From Lachnospiraceae bacterium (lineage in GTDB: Bacteria > Bacillota > Clostridia > Lachnospirales > Lachnospiraceae), in NCBI GenBank assembly GCA_024403335.1, contig JAKSSA010000008.1, positions 1 through 60,889 on the forward strand: a stretch of 60,889 nucleotides of DNA, in the 5' to 3' direction. Position numbers and translations under genes: made by a program. Shown here one piece after another: positions 59,471-60,889 of the stretch (its first letter is position 1; every line of letters begins with the position of its first letter). The notes under the pieces are model-generated. The model did no database searches. It was given only the letters and a program-made list of their open reading frames with translations, and was not told the origin of the DNA.

Positions 59471-59642
59471 CTTTATCATATACTAATCATAGTCTGTTTA
59501 ATTTTGATATATTTTCTATTCGAATACTAAAATGCAAATTTATCCCAATATCAAAATTTATTTTTATAAAACTTAATGACATGCTTTAAAAAGTATAATA
59601 ATTTTGCATAATAATTACTTCGTATAATTATTTATTGCAAAC

Positions 59643-60719
59643 CTACTTTGTAAATACAAGCTGGGCAAAGTTATAAAAGCCCAAATACCAGATAGAGAAA
59701 TCATGTCCGCCTGATCTTTCCATCCACATAAAGTTTTCGCCATCGACAAATCTGTCACTTACTGAAGGCAAGTTCTTTGCTGCCGCAGATGCACTCCAAT
59801 ATGCAGTTGAATCCTTTACACCACATACATTGTAAAAATATTTGATGTCATATTCCATTTTGTCTTTAACAATTCCTGCGATCTTTGTATCTTCGTAAGA
59901 GGTCGGTGCAGCAGAGAAAGCTCCAAAATAGCTTAAAATGTCAAGACATTCGCACAAGCCGATGTTGATTGTCTGCATACCGCCCATTGAAAGTCCTGCC
60001 ATTGCACGATGTGCACGCGCTTCTGTCAAATCATAGCCCTCTTCATTATAAGCACCATAGGTTGAATAATGTGATTCAATATAAGGAATCAAATCATTTC
60101 TCAACTCCTGACCAAAGCAGTAAAAAGCGTCATAAGACTGCTGACCATCAGACGGAGTTCCTGACTTTCCATTAGGTGTAACCACGATAAACGGCTCAAT
60201 ATCACCATTAAAAATCAGATTATCCATAATGATTTTTACTCTTGAAGAATCATTTTTCATTCCCCATTCATTCTCATTGCCACCAATACCATGCATGAGA
60301 TAAAGGACATTATACTGCTTATCCTCACTGTATCCGTAAGGAAGATAAACATATGCATTCTTAGTTGTTACTTCTTCAGGATTACTGCAATAGTTGTAAG
60401 AATTGTAGGTAATTGCCTCAATTCTTCCGACATTTTCATCTTTTCTTTGTGATGTATATTTGCCCGGGATGCTTGTTGCTATAGCTGCATCAGCATATGG
60501 TGTTGCAGGTGTGGCAGTAGGCTTTGGCGTCGCAGTAGGCTTTGTGGTAGGTGACGGCTTAACAGTAGGTGTAGCTGTAATTTCAGGTGTTATTTCCTGA
60601 TTTGCCAAAACATTTTCCTGTTCCTTTTCTCCCTCTTTTGAAGTCTCTTCAGCAGATGTGCAAGCTGATAAAAATGCAGCCAATGACATGGCACATAATA
60701 AAACCAACAGTTTCTTCAT
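59643..60719 (-). CDS. secreted lipoprotein, alpha/beta-hydrolase esterase (esterase-D / enterochelin-esterase-like)
   Basis: Lipobox signal MKKLLVLLCAMSLAAFLSAC and a Thr/Pro-rich linker. YNVLYLMHGIGGNENEW and nucleophile elbow GLSMGG. Start at 60719 behind GGGAGG. The track start at 60812 has no signal peptide logic. Confidence 0.7.
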   Translation of the reverse strand: MKKLLVLLCAMSLAAFLSACTSAEETSKEGEKEQENVLANQEITPEITATPTVKPSPTTKPTATPKPTATPATPYADAAIATSIPGKYTSQRKDENVGRIEAITYNSYNYCSNPEEVTTKNAYVYLPYGYSEDKQYNVLYLMHGIGGNENEWGMKNDSSRVKIIMDNLIFNGDIEPFIVVTPNGKSGTPSDGQQSYDAFYCFGQELRNDLIPYIESHYSTYGAYNEEGYDLTEARAHRAMAGLSMGGMQTINIGLCECLDILSYFGAFSAAPTSYEDTKIAGIVKDKMEYDIKYFYNVCGVKDSTAYWSASAAAKNLPSVSDRFVDGENFMWMERSGGHDFSIWYLGFYNFAQLVFTK

Positions 60720-60889
60720 AAATTTTTCCTCCCTTTCAAAGATAAAAAATACCCTTAAGGAATTATAGAATAAACTGTTGGTAATAATCAAATTAGTACT
60801 TGCGGAAATCATGCCATAAATTGCTAGTGAACTGCATCGGCAATTGAATTACCGAGCATCAGGTGCGCGCAGCTTGCGCTGCGTAGGTC

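Noticed and set aside
60820-60889. GC-rich hairpin (CGCAGC ttgc GCTGCG) at the extreme window end
   Set aside because: The GC content is unlike the rest of the window and could mark an RNA gene or the edge of a foreign segment. Too little sequence is visible to interpret it.
1-60889. tRNA, rRNA, IS element or prophage content
   Set aside because: No T-loop-like GTTCGAATC motifs or rRNA-like conserved blocks were seen. No transposase, integrase or terminal inverted repeat pairs were seen either. The coding density and gene content are those of core chromosome.

Overview
This 60.9-kb window is low-GC (about 36%) and reads as chromosomal core DNA from a Firmicutes/Clostridia-type organism. The gene content looks Lachnospiraceae-like; that guess rests on gene content only. 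About 43 protein-coding genes are dense on both strands. Housekeeping genes include pepF, hflK/hflC, degV, an archaeal-type proS, cca, a UPF0371 gene, mfd-pth, glgC-glgD, an aminotransferase, metK behind a SAM-I riboswitch, murC, a dnaD-like/dnaI helicase-loader pair, prs, murA, rsmA(ksgA) and tkt. Signalling and accessory genes are interspersed. There are four c-di-GMP turnover genes: one PAS-GGDEF-EAL, one HD-GYP, and two tandem membrane EAL paralogs. There is an OmpR-type two-component system and a hybrid histidine kinase. A ydjG/ydjH/ydjI-like membrane-stress operon (Zn-ribbon, TPM and SPFH proteins) is present. A MATE exporter and a lipoprotein esterase are also present. No rRNA, tRNA, CRISPR array, transposase or integrase was recognised. 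Four things stand out. First, one ORF (40929..43223) fuses an XRE-HTH/cupin regulator to an AMP-forming acyl-CoA synthetase. It sits behind a long leader with a candidate small RNA, direct repeats and a consensus promoter. Second, a TetR-gated five-gene operon (55427..59252) combines flavin-reductase-like, NmrA-like and DUF1295 (steroid-5-alpha-reductase-like) proteins, with a palindromic operator at the promoter. It is a candidate uncharacterised reductive pathway. Third, a cluster of perfect DnaA boxes lies upstream of the dnaD-like/dnaI operon. Fourth, many intergenic regions carry short degenerate tandem repeat arrays with periods of about 13, 19, 21-22, 27 and 32 bp. Some abut or duplicate gene 3' ends, and one forms a 9-copy array upstream of the two-component operon. 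All calls come from reading the sequence and motif knowledge. No database search was run.
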